Below, one piece after another: positions 1 through 10,481 of a stretch of DNA of 64,000 nt (its first letter is position 1; every line of letters starts with the position of its first letter). A model generated the notes under the pieces. It ran no database searches. It saw only the letters and a program-made list of their open reading frames with translations, and was not told the origin of the DNA. The DNA lies in the NCBI GenBank assembly GCA_016297695.1, contig JAEDGC010000004.1, forward strand, positions 8,074-72,073, read 5' to 3'. Position numbers and translations under genes: made by a program. Source of the DNA: Bacilli bacterium (lineage in GTDB: Bacteria > Bacillota_I > Bacilli_A > RF39 > UBA660).

Positions 1-2
1 AT

Positions 3-152
3 TTAATAGTATTATCTCCTTTATTAATATCATTATTAATATGTATAGCATCCCCAGTAAATACTTATTTTAGATATGCTATGCCTTATGTATTTATAAT
101 GCCGTGTATTTTTACGTTAATAGTTAATAGATTGAAAAAAGATAAACAATAA
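3..152 (+). CDS. C-terminal end of a membrane protein gene entering from the left edge (partial)
   Basis: Frame is open from the window edge to TAA at 150-152. Translation LIVLSPLLISLLICIASPVNTYFRYAMPYVFIMPCIFTLIVNRLKKDKQ is hydrophobic with a basic tail. It is absent from the ORF track because it has no start. Confidence 0.4.
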   Translation, partial: LIVLSPLLISLLICIASPVNTYFRYAMPYVFIMPCIFTLIVNRLKKDKQ

Positions 153-193
153 AAAATAAAATAACAATAGAAAAAAACGGTTAAGAATACTAC

Positions 194-877
194 TTATTTT
201 TCTTTTGGATTTTCACTTTTTAATGTTTTTGATTTTTCTTTGTTAGGACAAGTAGCTATGGCTCTTTGTGCTAATCCCCACTCATTATCATTATTGTATC
301 CTGCTACATAAACAAGATTATCAACAAATTTACAATTTAATGGTCTTCCCATTACCCACTTAAATATAATTGCACCATCATTATCCGGTTTAACAAATTG
401 TTCAAAATACATACTAGCAATTTCTTTTGTCCAAGGCATAGGGTTATATTGTGCAAATCCCATACCTACTGGCGTACTTGCATTATATAAGGCAGCTAAC
501 ACTTCATTTCTATCTTTATCTGAAATGTCAATAACATCTGGTTCTATTTCAGTGCAGCCATAATCAACATCTGGCAATTCTTCTTGAGTTAATCCTAATA
601 TTTCTTCGTTATATTTTTTTCTAAATTCATGTGCAAATTCGGGAGATGTACATTGTCTAACATATTGTGGAACAAGTGCTATAAAAGAAAGTGTATTTTC
701 TCCTTTTGAATAAGCATCCTGTAATGCTATTTTAAATGCCAAAACTAATGTGTCTACATCAATTTTATCAGGAATCATTGTGGCAAATCTATGATAAAAT
801 TCACTTTCTGAATTATGTCTATTAATTGTTCCACATGCTGATTCAAAGCTTTCTTTAGCATTTTCAAAATATAACAT
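194..877 (-). CDS. hypothetical protein, 227 aa, second gene of a two-gene minus-strand operon
   Basis: Intact ORF. An AGGAGA Shine-Dalgarno overlaps the stop of the upstream 970-aa gene (13-nt gap). No family recognised. Confidence 0.65.
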   Translation of the reverse strand: MLYFENAKESFESACGTINRHNSESEFYHRFATMIPDKIDVDTLVLAFKIALQDAYSKGENTLSFIALVPQYVRQCTSPEFAHEFRKKYNEEILGLTQEELPDVDYGCTEIEPDVIDISDKDRNEVLAALYNASTPVGMGFAQYNPMPWTKEIASMYFEQFVKPDNDGAIIFKWVMGRPLNCKFVDNLVYVAGYNNDNEWGLAQRAIATCPNKEKSKTLKSENPKEK

Positions 878-890
878 AAAAAATCATCTC

Positions 891-3803
891 CTATTTTCTT
901 TTACCATTCAATGGTTCTAATCTTTTTACAAATGGTTCATTGTTATCAAGTGAAGTTGCTTTAGATTCGATAAATCTTGATAAATATTTCTCATATTCTG
1001 TTTTTGTTTCTTCATTTCCATTTAATGATCCACTTTCAATAGAACCATCATTCTTAACTAAAATATACCAACCATCTCCTGAAATAATTTTAGTATAATT
1101 AGTAAAATCTAATGGTAATTCTTCTCCATTAACTTGATACCTCAATGAATTTACATTAAGAGCTACTTCATCCAAAGTATCTATATCATTATTACTTACA
1201 TCATTAATATATACAACTCTTTTTCTAGGATCTCTATATTGAGCACCAACTACGCCATATCGCGGTTCTTTTGGCATATCACCTGCTAATACTTGTTGAA
1301 TAAATGAATCATAAACATAAACATCATTTTCTAATGGTCGAGGTGCATCAATTTCTAAATCTTTTAGATTATTAAATGTATAATCAGATTTACCAATAGT
1401 AACAACTTTAACTTTCTGTATATCATCTTCTGTTTCTTGTGAAACATATAACATTTCGCTCGCTGCTCTTTTATATACATCAGCTAATTTAATATCATCT
1501 TTATACATTTCATGATATGGACTACCTGCTTCAACGCTATCAAAACAAATAACATCACCATTACGCCATACCCAACTTTGAGTTAAAAATTGTCCTTTAT
1601 AATATACAACAAAGGTTCTTCCATTTCTTGATTGCATTGAATGTTTAAGTGCTGAATAAGATATTCCTCTAACTACAAAACAACAATGTGATAAATATCC
1701 TACTGCAACAGCAAGTGGATCATCTAAATCTAAAATTTTGTATGTAAAATCACCTAATTGTCCTTCTACTTTAGGAATAGATGAATAACCTCTATTTCTC
1801 GCATCTTTACATAATCCTATAGCTTCAGATAACAAAATTGGATCTGTTGTGTTCATTTCTCTTAAAGCATGTTTAAATCCTATTTCATCTGGTTTCAACT
1901 CAATTGGCAAATCTATATCTTCAAAATGTTTTATAATTCTTTTAACACTTAATACTCCATTACAAGATTTCTTGATTTCTTCAAAACAATTACAAAATTC
2001 TGTAAAATATCTTTCAAATTCAGGAATATCTCCTCTTATCATTCTGTTAATTACAGAATTTGGTTCTTTCATCATTCCTTTTCCAAAAAGATAAGTGATT
2101 AATTCTTCATTTATATTAGGTACTCCATTTTCATCAATAGAAACATTTTCATATTTTAAACCATCAAATAAATTTTCCATTCTATTACCTTGCATATTAG
2201 ACTCTAATAAATACTTACCTCTATCTTTTCCAAAATAGCATAGTAATTGTAATCCCATTCTTTCTACAAATGATAAATTATCAGCATTAGTATTAGTTCT
2301 GTGAATTGCCTTTTTCCATCTTATAACTGGTGTAATATTTAGTTTTGCAAGTTGTTTATCAGTTAAGAAATTCGTTATATAATCTGCATTATCAATTAAT
2401 TGTCCACATTTAGATAAGTAAATTAAACCTTTATAAGTTTTAGTCATATAAACTTTATCAAATGGCATACTTCCTTTTGCTAATCTATAAAATAAACCAT
2501 TTAGAGAAATATCTTCTAAGTAAGTTCCATCCTTTTTGCATCTTCCTAATAAATCAGTTGAAAATTTATTTCTTAATTCTAAAAATAAAGGATTTTGGTC
2601 ATTGATAACTCTTTCTTTTAATAATTTGCCACACGCTATGATTGCTTCAATGTAATCATCGTATATTATTTTAGTTTTTCCGTTTCTTCCTATATTTTTT
2701 ACTAACAATTCGAAATCTGAAATTGAATAACTTTTGTTGTTACAATTTTCTACAAATTTGCTAATAATTTCAATTATAGTTTCATCATTTAAATATTCAT
2801 ATAAATCACTATCATAAAAATCATTATCTAAATAAGCGATATCTACAAATTCTAATACTACATCTACTGTAAAATTATTAATTCTATAATGAGTAACATT
2901 ATTAAATAATGTTAATGTTTTTTCTAGACCAATTTGATGAAATTTATCCTTATATAGTTTAAATAAATCACTATCAGATAATAAATGTGGGTCTTCATAA
3001 TGACCATAACGATTTGGATTTTCATAAATTAAATCTTTTAAATGTTCCTTTAAATATATATATCTAGTAACTAATAATTCAAATTTTTGAATTGAACTAT
3101 CATTAACTTTATCCCTGTATAATTCTAAAAATATATTTAGTGTGACTGATTTACGAGATTTTAATAAAATAAATTCAATCAATTCATCAGCTGATAATTT
3201 CATTAATCTATCTTTTTCAGTTGATAACTTTTCAATTACTTCTTTTTCATCTAAATCTTTTAACTCCAATAATATATCATCACCTATTTGGTTTGGAAAA
3301 AGTTCTCTTAATTTTAATCTTGCTTTCTCACCTACTGAATAATAAAAATTAGCAAACATTCCATCCTCAGGTTTTATTTCACTTTTATATCTTTCAACAG
3401 CTTTTAATTGCATACTTTCTGGTAAATTTATTATACATGTTTCAATTAAAGATGAAGTAAATTCTTTATGATAATTGTTTAGTAATGACATTATACTTTC
3501 TGAATCCATCATCCCAATACATTCAATCCATATTGCCATTGGATATCCCTTTATATTTTCAAATGCTGCTTTACTCCATGGAGATTTATCTTTAGACATA
3601 AAAGCCAAGCACATTAAAGCTTCTTGAAATGCTTCTTCTTTAATTTGCTTTTGTGTATTTGCTTTATGTGTTAAAACATCTAATACTTTTTGCTGCTCAG
3701 CAAAATTTTTAAATCCTACATTTTTTTGATAATCTTCTAACAACTTAATTGCCTTATTCATTGGCAATCTAAGAACACTATTCAATAAAATTTCGTATTT
3801 CAT
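891..3803 (-). CDS. large hypothetical protein, 970 aa: helical N-terminal two thirds, C-terminal Cys-containing domain possibly PcfJ-like
   Basis: Uninterrupted 2.9-kb ORF with a GGGGGTGA RBS upstream of the ATG. The C-terminal stretch GYLSHCCFVVRG...FVVYYKGQFLTQSWVWRNGDVICFDSVE resembles my memory of PcfJ-type domains. That assignment is weak. Confidence 0.7.
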   Translation of the reverse strand: MKYEILLNSVLRLPMNKAIKLLEDYQKNVGFKNFAEQQKVLDVLTHKANTQKQIKEEAFQEALMCLAFMSKDKSPWSKAAFENIKGYPMAIWIECIGMMDSESIMSLLNNYHKEFTSSLIETCIINLPESMQLKAVERYKSEIKPEDGMFANFYYSVGEKARLKLRELFPNQIGDDILLELKDLDEKEVIEKLSTEKDRLMKLSADELIEFILLKSRKSVTLNIFLELYRDKVNDSSIQKFELLVTRYIYLKEHLKDLIYENPNRYGHYEDPHLLSDSDLFKLYKDKFHQIGLEKTLTLFNNVTHYRINNFTVDVVLEFVDIAYLDNDFYDSDLYEYLNDETIIEIISKFVENCNNKSYSISDFELLVKNIGRNGKTKIIYDDYIEAIIACGKLLKERVINDQNPLFLELRNKFSTDLLGRCKKDGTYLEDISLNGLFYRLAKGSMPFDKVYMTKTYKGLIYLSKCGQLIDNADYITNFLTDKQLAKLNITPVIRWKKAIHRTNTNADNLSFVERMGLQLLCYFGKDRGKYLLESNMQGNRMENLFDGLKYENVSIDENGVPNINEELITYLFGKGMMKEPNSVINRMIRGDIPEFERYFTEFCNCFEEIKKSCNGVLSVKRIIKHFEDIDLPIELKPDEIGFKHALREMNTTDPILLSEAIGLCKDARNRGYSSIPKVEGQLGDFTYKILDLDDPLAVAVGYLSHCCFVVRGISYSALKHSMQSRNGRTFVVYYKGQFLTQSWVWRNGDVICFDSVEAGSPYHEMYKDDIKLADVYKRAASEMLYVSQETEDDIQKVKVVTIGKSDYTFNNLKDLEIDAPRPLENDVYVYDSFIQQVLAGDMPKEPRYGVVGAQYRDPRKRVVYINDVSNNDIDTLDEVALNVNSLRYQVNGEELPLDFTNYTKIISGDGWYILVKNDGSIESGSLNGNEETKTEYEKYLSRFIESKATSLDNNEPFVKRLEPLNGKRK

Positions 3804-4030
3804 TTAAGTCACCCCCTGTTAAATGGTTACTATAATACCATAATTAGATTAAATGAGCAATATTTTATTTTACTAATAACAAGATGATTATTTCTATCTT
3901 TAATATAATGTTAACAAGTGTAATTTTATATATACTAGAATAATTAAAATAAACAGAATATATAAAAATATAGTTTTTAAATTTTAAATTTTTTGATATA
4001 CTTATCTTATGATAAAGAGGGTGTTCAAAA

Positions 4031-6409
4031 ATGAATAATATAGAAATTAAAAATGTTTTATCAAGGGAAGAATTATATAAAATAGATGCTTATTTTAGAG
4101 CGGCAAATTATTTGTCTGTTGCACAGTTATATCTTTATAAAAATCCGTTATTAAGAAAAAAATTGTCAGTAGCTGATATTAAGCCAAAATTAGTTGGACA
4201 CTGGGGGACAGTTCCTGGACAAAATTTTATTTATACTCATCTAAATAGAATAATAAATAAATATGATTTAAATATGATTTATATTTCTGGACCAGGACAT
4301 GGTGGTAATGCAATGGTTGCACAAACTTATTTAGAAGGAAGTTATAGTGAAGTATATCCCAATATAAGTGAAGATGAAAAAGGATTAGAAAAATTATGTA
4401 AACAATTTAGTTTTCCAGGTGGAATATCATCTCATGTTGCTCCAGAAACACCAGGATCTATTAATGAGGGTGGAGAATTAGGTTACTCTTTAGCACATGC
4501 TTTTGGAGCAGTATTAGATAATCCAAACTTAATAGCTGCATGTGTTGTTGGAGATGGTGAAGCAGAAACTGGAACATTGTCAACATCTTGGCATTCAAAT
4601 AAATTTTTAAATCCTTTAAAAGATGGAGTTGTGTTGCCTATACTTCATTTAAATGGTTATAAAATAGCAAATCCGACAGTAATGTCGAGAATAGATGATG
4701 AAGAATTAGATAATTTCTTTAAAGGATGTGGTTGGGAGCCATATTATGTGTGTGGAGATAATCCAAGAATAATGCATCAATTGATGGCTCAAACATTAGA
4801 TGAAGTAATAGAAAAAATAAAAATAATTAAAGAAAAAGCTATAAATGGTGATAATTTAAGACCTAAATGGCCAGTTATAATATTAAGAACTCCAAAAGGA
4901 TGGACTGGTCCAAAAGTTGTTGATAATAAAGAAATTGAAGGTACTTTTAGAGCACATCAAATTCCAGTGCAAGTTAATAAAGAAACTGGAGAAAATTTAA
5001 ATTTACTTGAAAAATGGTTAAAAAGTTATCATCCTGAAGAATTATTTGATAATAATGGTTCTTTAAAACCAGAATTAAAGACATTGGCTCCAAAAGGAGA
5101 TAGAAGAATGGGATTAAACCCTAATGCTAATGGTGGATTGATGTTAAAAGAATTAAATTTACCAGATTTTAAAAATTATGAATTAAAAATCAGTAAACCA
5201 GGTTTAGAAAAAGCAAGCGATATGATGCAATTAGGTAATTATGTTCGTGATATTGTAAAAAATAATCCGGATAATTTTAGAGTTTTCTCACCAGATGAAT
5301 TATTATCAAATAGATTAAATTCAGTATTTCAAACTACTAAAAGACAATGGGATAATAAAAGACTTGATAATGATGAATTTCTATCTACAGAAGGAAGAGT
5401 TATAGATTCAATGCTTTCAGAAAATTTATGTGAGGGATGGCTTGAAGGATATTTACTTACTGGAAGACATGGATTCTTTACAAGTTATGAAGCATTTATA
5501 AGAATAATAGATTCTATGACAAGCCAACATGCAAAATGGTTAAAAGTATGTCATGAACTTCCTTGGCGTAAAGATATTGCTTCGTTAAATTATATTTTAA
5601 CTTCTCATGTTTGGCAACAAGATCATAATGGTTTTACTCATCAAGATCCTGGATTTTTAAATCACATTGTGACAAAAAAGGCAAGCATAGTAAGAATGTA
5701 TCTTCCACCGGATACTAATTGCTTAATTTCTTGTTTTGATCATATAATTAAAAGTAAGAATTACATTAATGTAATAGTTGCAAGTAAACACCCATCAATC
5801 CAATGGTTAAATATGGAACAAGCCGTAAAACATTGTACAAATGGAATAGGCATTTGGGCTTTTGCAAGTAACGATGAAGGAAGTACTCCAGATGTAGTTT
5901 TAGCAAGTTGTGGCGATACTCCGACTTTAGAGGTTGTAGCAGCATCAGGAATATTACGTAAATTCTTACCAGAAGTAAAAGTTCGTGTTGTAAATGTTGT
6001 TGACTTAATGAGACTTGAAGATAAAGAAAAACACCCTCATGGTTTATCACAAAAAGAATATGATATGTTATTTACTAAAAACAAACCAATTATATTTGCT
6101 TTCCATGGATATCCATCCTTAATTCATCAATTAACTTATAGTCGTACAAATCAAAATTTACATGTTAGAGGATATAACGAACAAGGAACTATAACTACTC
6201 CATTTGATATGCGTGTCCAAAATGAAATAGATAGATATCACCTTGTATTACTTGCTTTAAAACATTTAGGATATCGTAATGAAAAAACAATTGAATTAGA
6301 AGAATATTGTAATAAAAAATTAATTAGACATAAACAGTATATATTTGAAAATGGAGAAGACATACCAGAAGTAAAAAATTGGACTTTGGACAACCAGTTA
6401 TTAGACTGA
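4031..6409 (+). CDS. xfp: xylulose-5-phosphate/fructose-6-phosphate phosphoketolase
   Basis: 792 aa, the typical length. Motifs [27 protein letters not shown] and GDGEAETG (ThDP-binding) match the phosphoketolase family. AGAGGGTG RBS. Confidence 0.95.
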   Translation: MNNIEIKNVLSREELYKIDAYFRAANYLSVAQLYLYKNPLLRKKLSVADIKPKLVGHWGTVPGQNFIYTHLNRIINKYDLNMIYISGPGHGGNAMVAQTYLEGSYSEVYPNISEDEKGLEKLCKQFSFPGGISSHVAPETPGSINEGGELGYSLAHAFGAVLDNPNLIAACVVGDGEAETGTLSTSWHSNKFLNPLKDGVVLPILHLNGYKIANPTVMSRIDDEELDNFFKGCGWEPYYVCGDNPRIMHQLMAQTLDEVIEKIKIIKEKAINGDNLRPKWPVIILRTPKGWTGPKVVDNKEIEGTFRAHQIPVQVNKETGENLNLLEKWLKSYHPEELFDNNGSLKPELKTLAPKGDRRMGLNPNANGGLMLKELNLPDFKNYELKISKPGLEKASDMMQLGNYVRDIVKNNPDNFRVFSPDELLSNRLNSVFQTTKRQWDNKRLDNDEFLSTEGRVIDSMLSENLCEGWLEGYLLTGRHGFFTSYEAFIRIIDSMTSQHAKWLKVCHELPWRKDIASLNYILTSHVWQQDHNGFTHQDPGFLNHIVTKKASIVRMYLPPDTNCLISCFDHIIKSKNYINVIVASKHPSIQWLNMEQAVKHCTNGIGIWAFASNDEGSTPDVVLASCGDTPTLEVVAASGILRKFLPEVKVRVVNVVDLMRLEDKEKHPHGLSQKEYDMLFTKNKPIIFAFHGYPSLIHQLTYSRTNQNLHVRGYNEQGTITTPFDMRVQNEIDRYHLVLLALKHLGYRNEKTIELEEYCNKKLIRHKQYIFENGEDIPEVKNWTLDNQLLD

Positions 6410-6454
6410 TTGTCTTTTTATTATTTATTTGATAAAATATTTTTAGGTGATAAT

Positions 6455-6931
6455 ATGGGCGAAGTTTATGAAAAAGTAAAAGGATTTAAGAAAAAATATC
6501 CTGGAACAGTAACTTGGTGGAGATTAAAAAAACATTCTCAAGTTGTTGAAAAACATTTAAATCCAGGTGAAAAAATTCTTTATGCATTTGCTGGTCAAAA
6601 AAATGATAATCCTTTTGATTTTTTTAGTACATGTGTAGTAGTTTTATCTAATAAAAGAATTTTAATAGGTAAAAAAAGAGTGTTGTTTGGTTATACGCTT
6701 ACAACTATAACTCCAGATTTATTTAATGATATGGAAGTTTACATGGGTATCATATGGGGTAAGATAACAATAGATACAGTAAAGGAAGAAGTTATTATAA
6801 CTAATCTTTCTAAAAAAAGTTTACCAGAAATTGAAACTAGTATTTCTGAATTTATGATGGAAGAGAAGAAAAAATATGGTAAAGAAGAGGTTAAGGAAAC
6901 ATATTACAAACAATACAATGACGTCAATTAA
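6455..6931 (+). CDS. bacterial PH-domain (YokE-like) protein
   Basis: Pattern LNPGEKILYAFAGQ...VVVLSNKRILIGKK...ITPDLFNDMEV...GKITIDT is typical of bacterial PH domains. I place the start at ATG 6455 (RBS TAGGTGA) rather than the track TTG at 6410. Confidence 0.55.
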   Translation: MGEVYEKVKGFKKKYPGTVTWWRLKKHSQVVEKHLNPGEKILYAFAGQKNDNPFDFFSTCVVVLSNKRILIGKKRVLFGYTLTTITPDLFNDMEVYMGIIWGKITIDTVKEEVIITNLSKKSLPEIETSISEFMMEEKKKYGKEEVKETYYKQYNDVN

Positions 6932-8021
6932 AAAGTTAAAACTACTTATTTTCATAATATTTTTAATATTAAGTATTTATTTGTTTATTTATTTTATTCC
7001 AAAAAATTATAATTTTTCGTATAACATCGATGGTTTTAAAATAAAAGAAGAATATGATAAAAAATCTAAATTATATATATTTACCGTATCAAAAAATAAA
7101 TATGAATTTAAAACTATTAGTACTTATAAATATACTCCAAAAAGAAAATTGATTAATTCTATTGATGAATTTGATGGTGATAATTCTAAATGTATAATTA
7201 TAAATTCAGAATTTATTGATAATAATAGATTATGTATATCTAATAATGAAATGGTCGATATTCGTTTATTAGATTTAATACCTAAAAAGTACTATAAAAC
7301 TAAAAAAGACAATATCAAAAAACATCAAAATATTACAATTAATTTAGATGATAAAACGTATTTAATTTGGAATTATAATAGCTTTTTAAAAATAAATGAA
7401 AGTACCAAAAAACAAATGAAATTATTTAATGAAGATGTCTACAACTTAAAAATAATGGCAAAAATAGATGATTATTTAGTTTTAGCAGATTATGATCAAA
7501 AATATAACTTTAATAAATTAATTAGATTAAATTTAAAAAATGATAAAATTGATGAGATAGAATTAAAAAATGATATATCATTTGACTCTAGGATTCTAGG
7601 AACTTATAAAAATAATATTTATATTTTAGATGAAAAAAACAAAAAAGAATACGAAATAAATATTAAAAAGAAAAAAGTAAATATAGTAAATAAAAATGGT
7701 CTAGGAATAATTTATAAAAATAACAATTTAGAAAAAGTAAATTTAAATAAAATAATTAATAATAATATTAGTTTTACGATGGAACAAAATTATAATTACA
7801 TATTAGAAAATGGTAATTTGTATTTAAAAATGAGAAACACTAATACTAAAATAAAAGTAAGTAATCTAAAAGTTAAATATATAGCATATGCTAATAATGA
7901 AGAAGTTTATTATATTTCTGAAGATAAATTATATAAGTATGATTTTATATATGGCGAAGTAGAAATAATAAACGATTTTGAATTTAATTTTAACTATGAG
8001 AATATGGTTGTAATTTATTAA
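6918..8021 (+). CDS. membrane-anchored hypothetical protein (N-terminal TM helix, N/K/Y-rich beta-type ectodomain)
   Basis: ORF from the track. ATG at 6918 immediately precedes the hydrophobic segment LKLLIFIIFLILSIYLFIYFI and overlaps the upstream stop. Confidence 0.6.
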   Translation: MTSIKKLKLLIFIIFLILSIYLFIYFIPKNYNFSYNIDGFKIKEEYDKKSKLYIFTVSKNKYEFKTISTYKYTPKRKLINSIDEFDGDNSKCIIINSEFIDNNRLCISNNEMVDIRLLDLIPKKYYKTKKDNIKKHQNITINLDDKTYLIWNYNSFLKINESTKKQMKLFNEDVYNLKIMAKIDDYLVLADYDQKYNFNKLIRLNLKNDKIDEIELKNDISFDSRILGTYKNNIYILDEKNKKEYEINIKKKKVNIVNKNGLGIIYKNNNLEKVNLNKIINNNISFTMEQNYNYILENGNLYLKMRNTNTKIKVSNLKVKYIAYANNEEVYYISEDKLYKYDFIYGEVEIINDFEFNFNYENMVVIY

Positions 8022-8066
8022 TAACATAAATAGTTAATTTTCATATTATATTTTAGGAGTGATAAT

Positions 8067-8519
8067 ATGTTTTTGAAATATCAACTAAAATATGGTGAAA
8101 CATTAAACGATGTAGCAAATAGATTTAATACAACTAAAGATTATTTAAAAGAAATAAATAATATTTATTTTGATGATATGCTTAGAGAAGGAATGGATAT
8201 AATTGTTCCTAAGAATAGTGAAAATTATTACAATACATATGTAATAGAAAAAGGAGATTCATTATATAAAATTGCTAGAAAATATAATATTAATCCAGAA
8301 TTATTATCTAGTATGAATGGCTTAGATGAAGATGATTATATTTACCCTGGACAAGAAATATTAATTCCAAAAAGTGGTTATAGTTATTATATAACAAAAG
8401 ATGGAGACACTATTGATAATGTAATTAAAACCTTTAATACAACAAAAGAAAATTTTAATAAATATAATCCAACTATTTATTTATTAGCTGGACAACTTCT
8501 TGTTGATAAGAAAAAATAA
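8067..8519 (+). CDS. LysM-repeat peptidoglycan-binding protein (three LysM units)
   Basis: Three repeats of the LysM pattern: YQLKYGETLNDVANRFN, YVIEKGDSLYKIARKYNINPELLSSMNGL..YPGQEILIP, and YYITKDGDTIDNVIKTFN. Confidence 0.85.
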   Translation: MFLKYQLKYGETLNDVANRFNTTKDYLKEINNIYFDDMLREGMDIIVPKNSENYYNTYVIEKGDSLYKIARKYNINPELLSSMNGLDEDDYIYPGQEILIPKSGYSYYITKDGDTIDNVIKTFNTTKENFNKYNPTIYLLAGQLLVDKKK

Positions 8520-8526
8520 ATTTAAA

Positions 8527-8552
8527 ATATGGGTATCACTCATATTTTTTTT
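8527..8552 (+). terminator. rho-independent terminator after the LysM gene
   Basis: Hairpin atatgggt-atc-actcatat followed by a T7 run. Confidence 0.6.
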
Positions 8553-8586
8553 GTGGTAAAATAAAGATAGATTGGGGATAAAATAG

Positions 8587-10185
8587 ATGATACTAAGAAA
8601 ACCTTATAAATTTTTAATAAAACATTTTAAATTAATTCATTTATTAATGTTTTTGCCTGTTGTATATTTATTAACAAAATGTAATGATATTTTTAAGTTT
8701 TTTAGCAATTACGTTTCTAATAATTATAGTTATAGTACTATAAGTAATCTAGCAGGAAGTTATGTTAACTTCTTTATGTATCTGGCTATTTTATTAATAG
8801 TATTTGTGGCTTTAATTGTGTACTACTTAATGCGTCAAAAGAAAAAAAATACGAAGTTATATATTGGATTTATCGTTTATTACTTAATATTATTTGTGTT
8901 AATAACTTTTTTTCATAGTGTACTAAGTGATTTAGAAACTGCCGAATTAGCTTCAAAAACAGCAAGAGCTTACCGTGATATTGCATTAATAATAACATTT
9001 CCACAATATTTCTTTGTATTTTATACAATATTTAGAGGTTTGGGTTTTGATATTAAACAATTTAAATTTGAATTAGATTTAAAAGATTTAGATATAGATG
9101 AAAAGGATAATGAAGAATTTGAATTTGTCTTAGGAGTAGAAACTTATAAATATAAGAAAACTATAAGAAGATTTATAAGAGAATTTAGATACTATGTACT
9201 AGAAAATAAATTTATATTTACATGTTTAAGTATAATATTAGCATTGGTAGTTATTACTACTTTATATATGCATTTTAATGTATATAATAAATCATATGGA
9301 ACAAATAAAACTTTCTCACACAGTGCATTTAATATGAATATGCTTGATAGCATGATTACTAATATTGATTATAATGGAAAATATATTACAAAAGGAAAAT
9401 ATTATCTTGTTTTAAAAATAAACATTGTAAATAATTCTATTACTAAAACAAAATTAGATACAAATAACTTTAGGCTACAAGTAGATAATGGTTACTTAGT
9501 TCCAACACTAGATAGATCAGATTATTTTATAGATTTTGGAACACCATATCATGGTGAAAAGATAAAAACAAATACAAATACTACTTATAACTTAGTATAT
9601 GAGTTATCAAAGGATCAAGTAAAAAATAGTTATAAACTTAAAATACTTGAAAATATTGAATATAAAATAGGCGATATAACAGCTCATTATAAAATATTAA
9701 ATATAAAACCTAAAAGAATAATTGATGATATTAATACCAGTAATCATAAAATGAATGAGGAAATTAAATTAAATGATTCTAATTTAGGTGATAGTAGAAT
9801 AAAAATTAATAATTACGAAATAAAAGATAGTTATATTTATTCATATGAAGCATGTGTTAACAATAATTGTCGTACATTGAACGATGTAGTAAATACTGGA
9901 TATGGTACTAGTAAAGTGAAAACAACGTTGTTAATAATTGATAAAGAAAGTAAATTAGATGAGAATAGTGAGTATTATAAAGCTATAAAGAATCCTGATA
10001 AATTTTATGAAGATTTTTTTACAGTAGAATTTAATGGAAAAGAATTCTTAACTAAAAATATGACGCCGGATAATTTAAAAGATAAAATAATTTTACAGAC
10101 TAATGCAGAAATAAAAGAAGCAAGTGATTTATATTTACTAATAACTGTAAGAAATTTTAGCTATAGGGTTAATTTAAAAGGATAA
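8587..10185 (+). CDS. polytopic membrane protein with large C-terminal extracellular domain, function unknown
   Basis: 532-aa ORF with several hydrophobic helices in the first ~240 aa, followed by a soluble beta-rich region. Confidence 0.7.
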   Translation: MILRKPYKFLIKHFKLIHLLMFLPVVYLLTKCNDIFKFFSNYVSNNYSYSTISNLAGSYVNFFMYLAILLIVFVALIVYYLMRQKKKNTKLYIGFIVYYLILFVLITFFHSVLSDLETAELASKTARAYRDIALIITFPQYFFVFYTIFRGLGFDIKQFKFELDLKDLDIDEKDNEEFEFVLGVETYKYKKTIRRFIREFRYYVLENKFIFTCLSIILALVVITTLYMHFNVYNKSYGTNKTFSHSAFNMNMLDSMITNIDYNGKYITKGKYYLVLKINIVNNSITKTKLDTNNFRLQVDNGYLVPTLDRSDYFIDFGTPYHGEKIKTNTNTTYNLVYELSKDQVKNSYKLKILENIEYKIGDITAHYKILNIKPKRIIDDINTSNHKMNEEIKLNDSNLGDSRIKINNYEIKDSYIYSYEACVNNNCRTLNDVVNTGYGTSKVKTTLLIIDKESKLDENSEYYKAIKNPDKFYEDFFTVEFNGKEFLTKNMTPDNLKDKIILQTNAEIKEASDLYLLITVRNFSYRVNLKG

Positions 10186-10190
10186 AAAAG

Positions 10191-10222
10191 TACATAGTAA
10201 CTAAGGTTATTATGTATTTTTT
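10191..10222 (+). terminator. rho-independent terminator
   Basis: Hairpin tacatagtaac / gttattatgta (one mismatch) with loop taag, then T6. Confidence 0.6.
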
Positions 10223-10282
10223 ATTGACTTTATAATAAGTTTTAGATAAAATAAATGAGTAATTGCATATATTATATTAAAT

Positions 10283-10356
10283 GGGGCTTTAGCCAAGTGG
10301 TAAGGCAAGGGACTGCAACTCCCTGAGCACCAGTTCGAATCTGGTAGGCCCCTCCA
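10283..10356 (+). tRNA. trnC: tRNA-Cys (anticodon GCA), encoded CCA end
   Basis: Cloverleaf folded by hand: acceptor GGGGCTT/AGGCCCC, anticodon arm AGGGA-CTGCAAC-TCCCT, T arm ACCAG-TTCGAAT-CTGGT, discriminator T, then CCA. Confidence 0.93.
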
Positions 10357-10395
10357 TTTGAAAAAACATTTAAACTTTATAGTTTAAATTTTAAA

Positions 10396-10428
10396 TACCA
10401 AATTCCAAAAGACTTTGGTATTTTTTTT
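10396..10428 (+). terminator. terminator downstream of tRNA-Cys
   Basis: Hairpin taccaaa...tttggta followed by T8. Confidence 0.6.
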
Positions 10429-10481
10429 GACTTTTTAAGTATAAAATGTTAGCATATTTAACTATATAAGGGGGCTTTTAT

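Noticed and set aside
1849-3342. Plus-strand ORFs 1849-2094 and 3142-3342 inside the 970-aa minus-strand gene
   Set aside because: They are fully embedded antisense to a long, uninterrupted gene. Their translations are low-complexity S/I/F-rich, typical of AT-rich antisense frames, and neither has an RBS.
5766-6050. Minus-strand 94-aa ORF inside xfp
   Set aside because: It is antisense to a confidently identified phosphoketolase gene and is a composition artefact.
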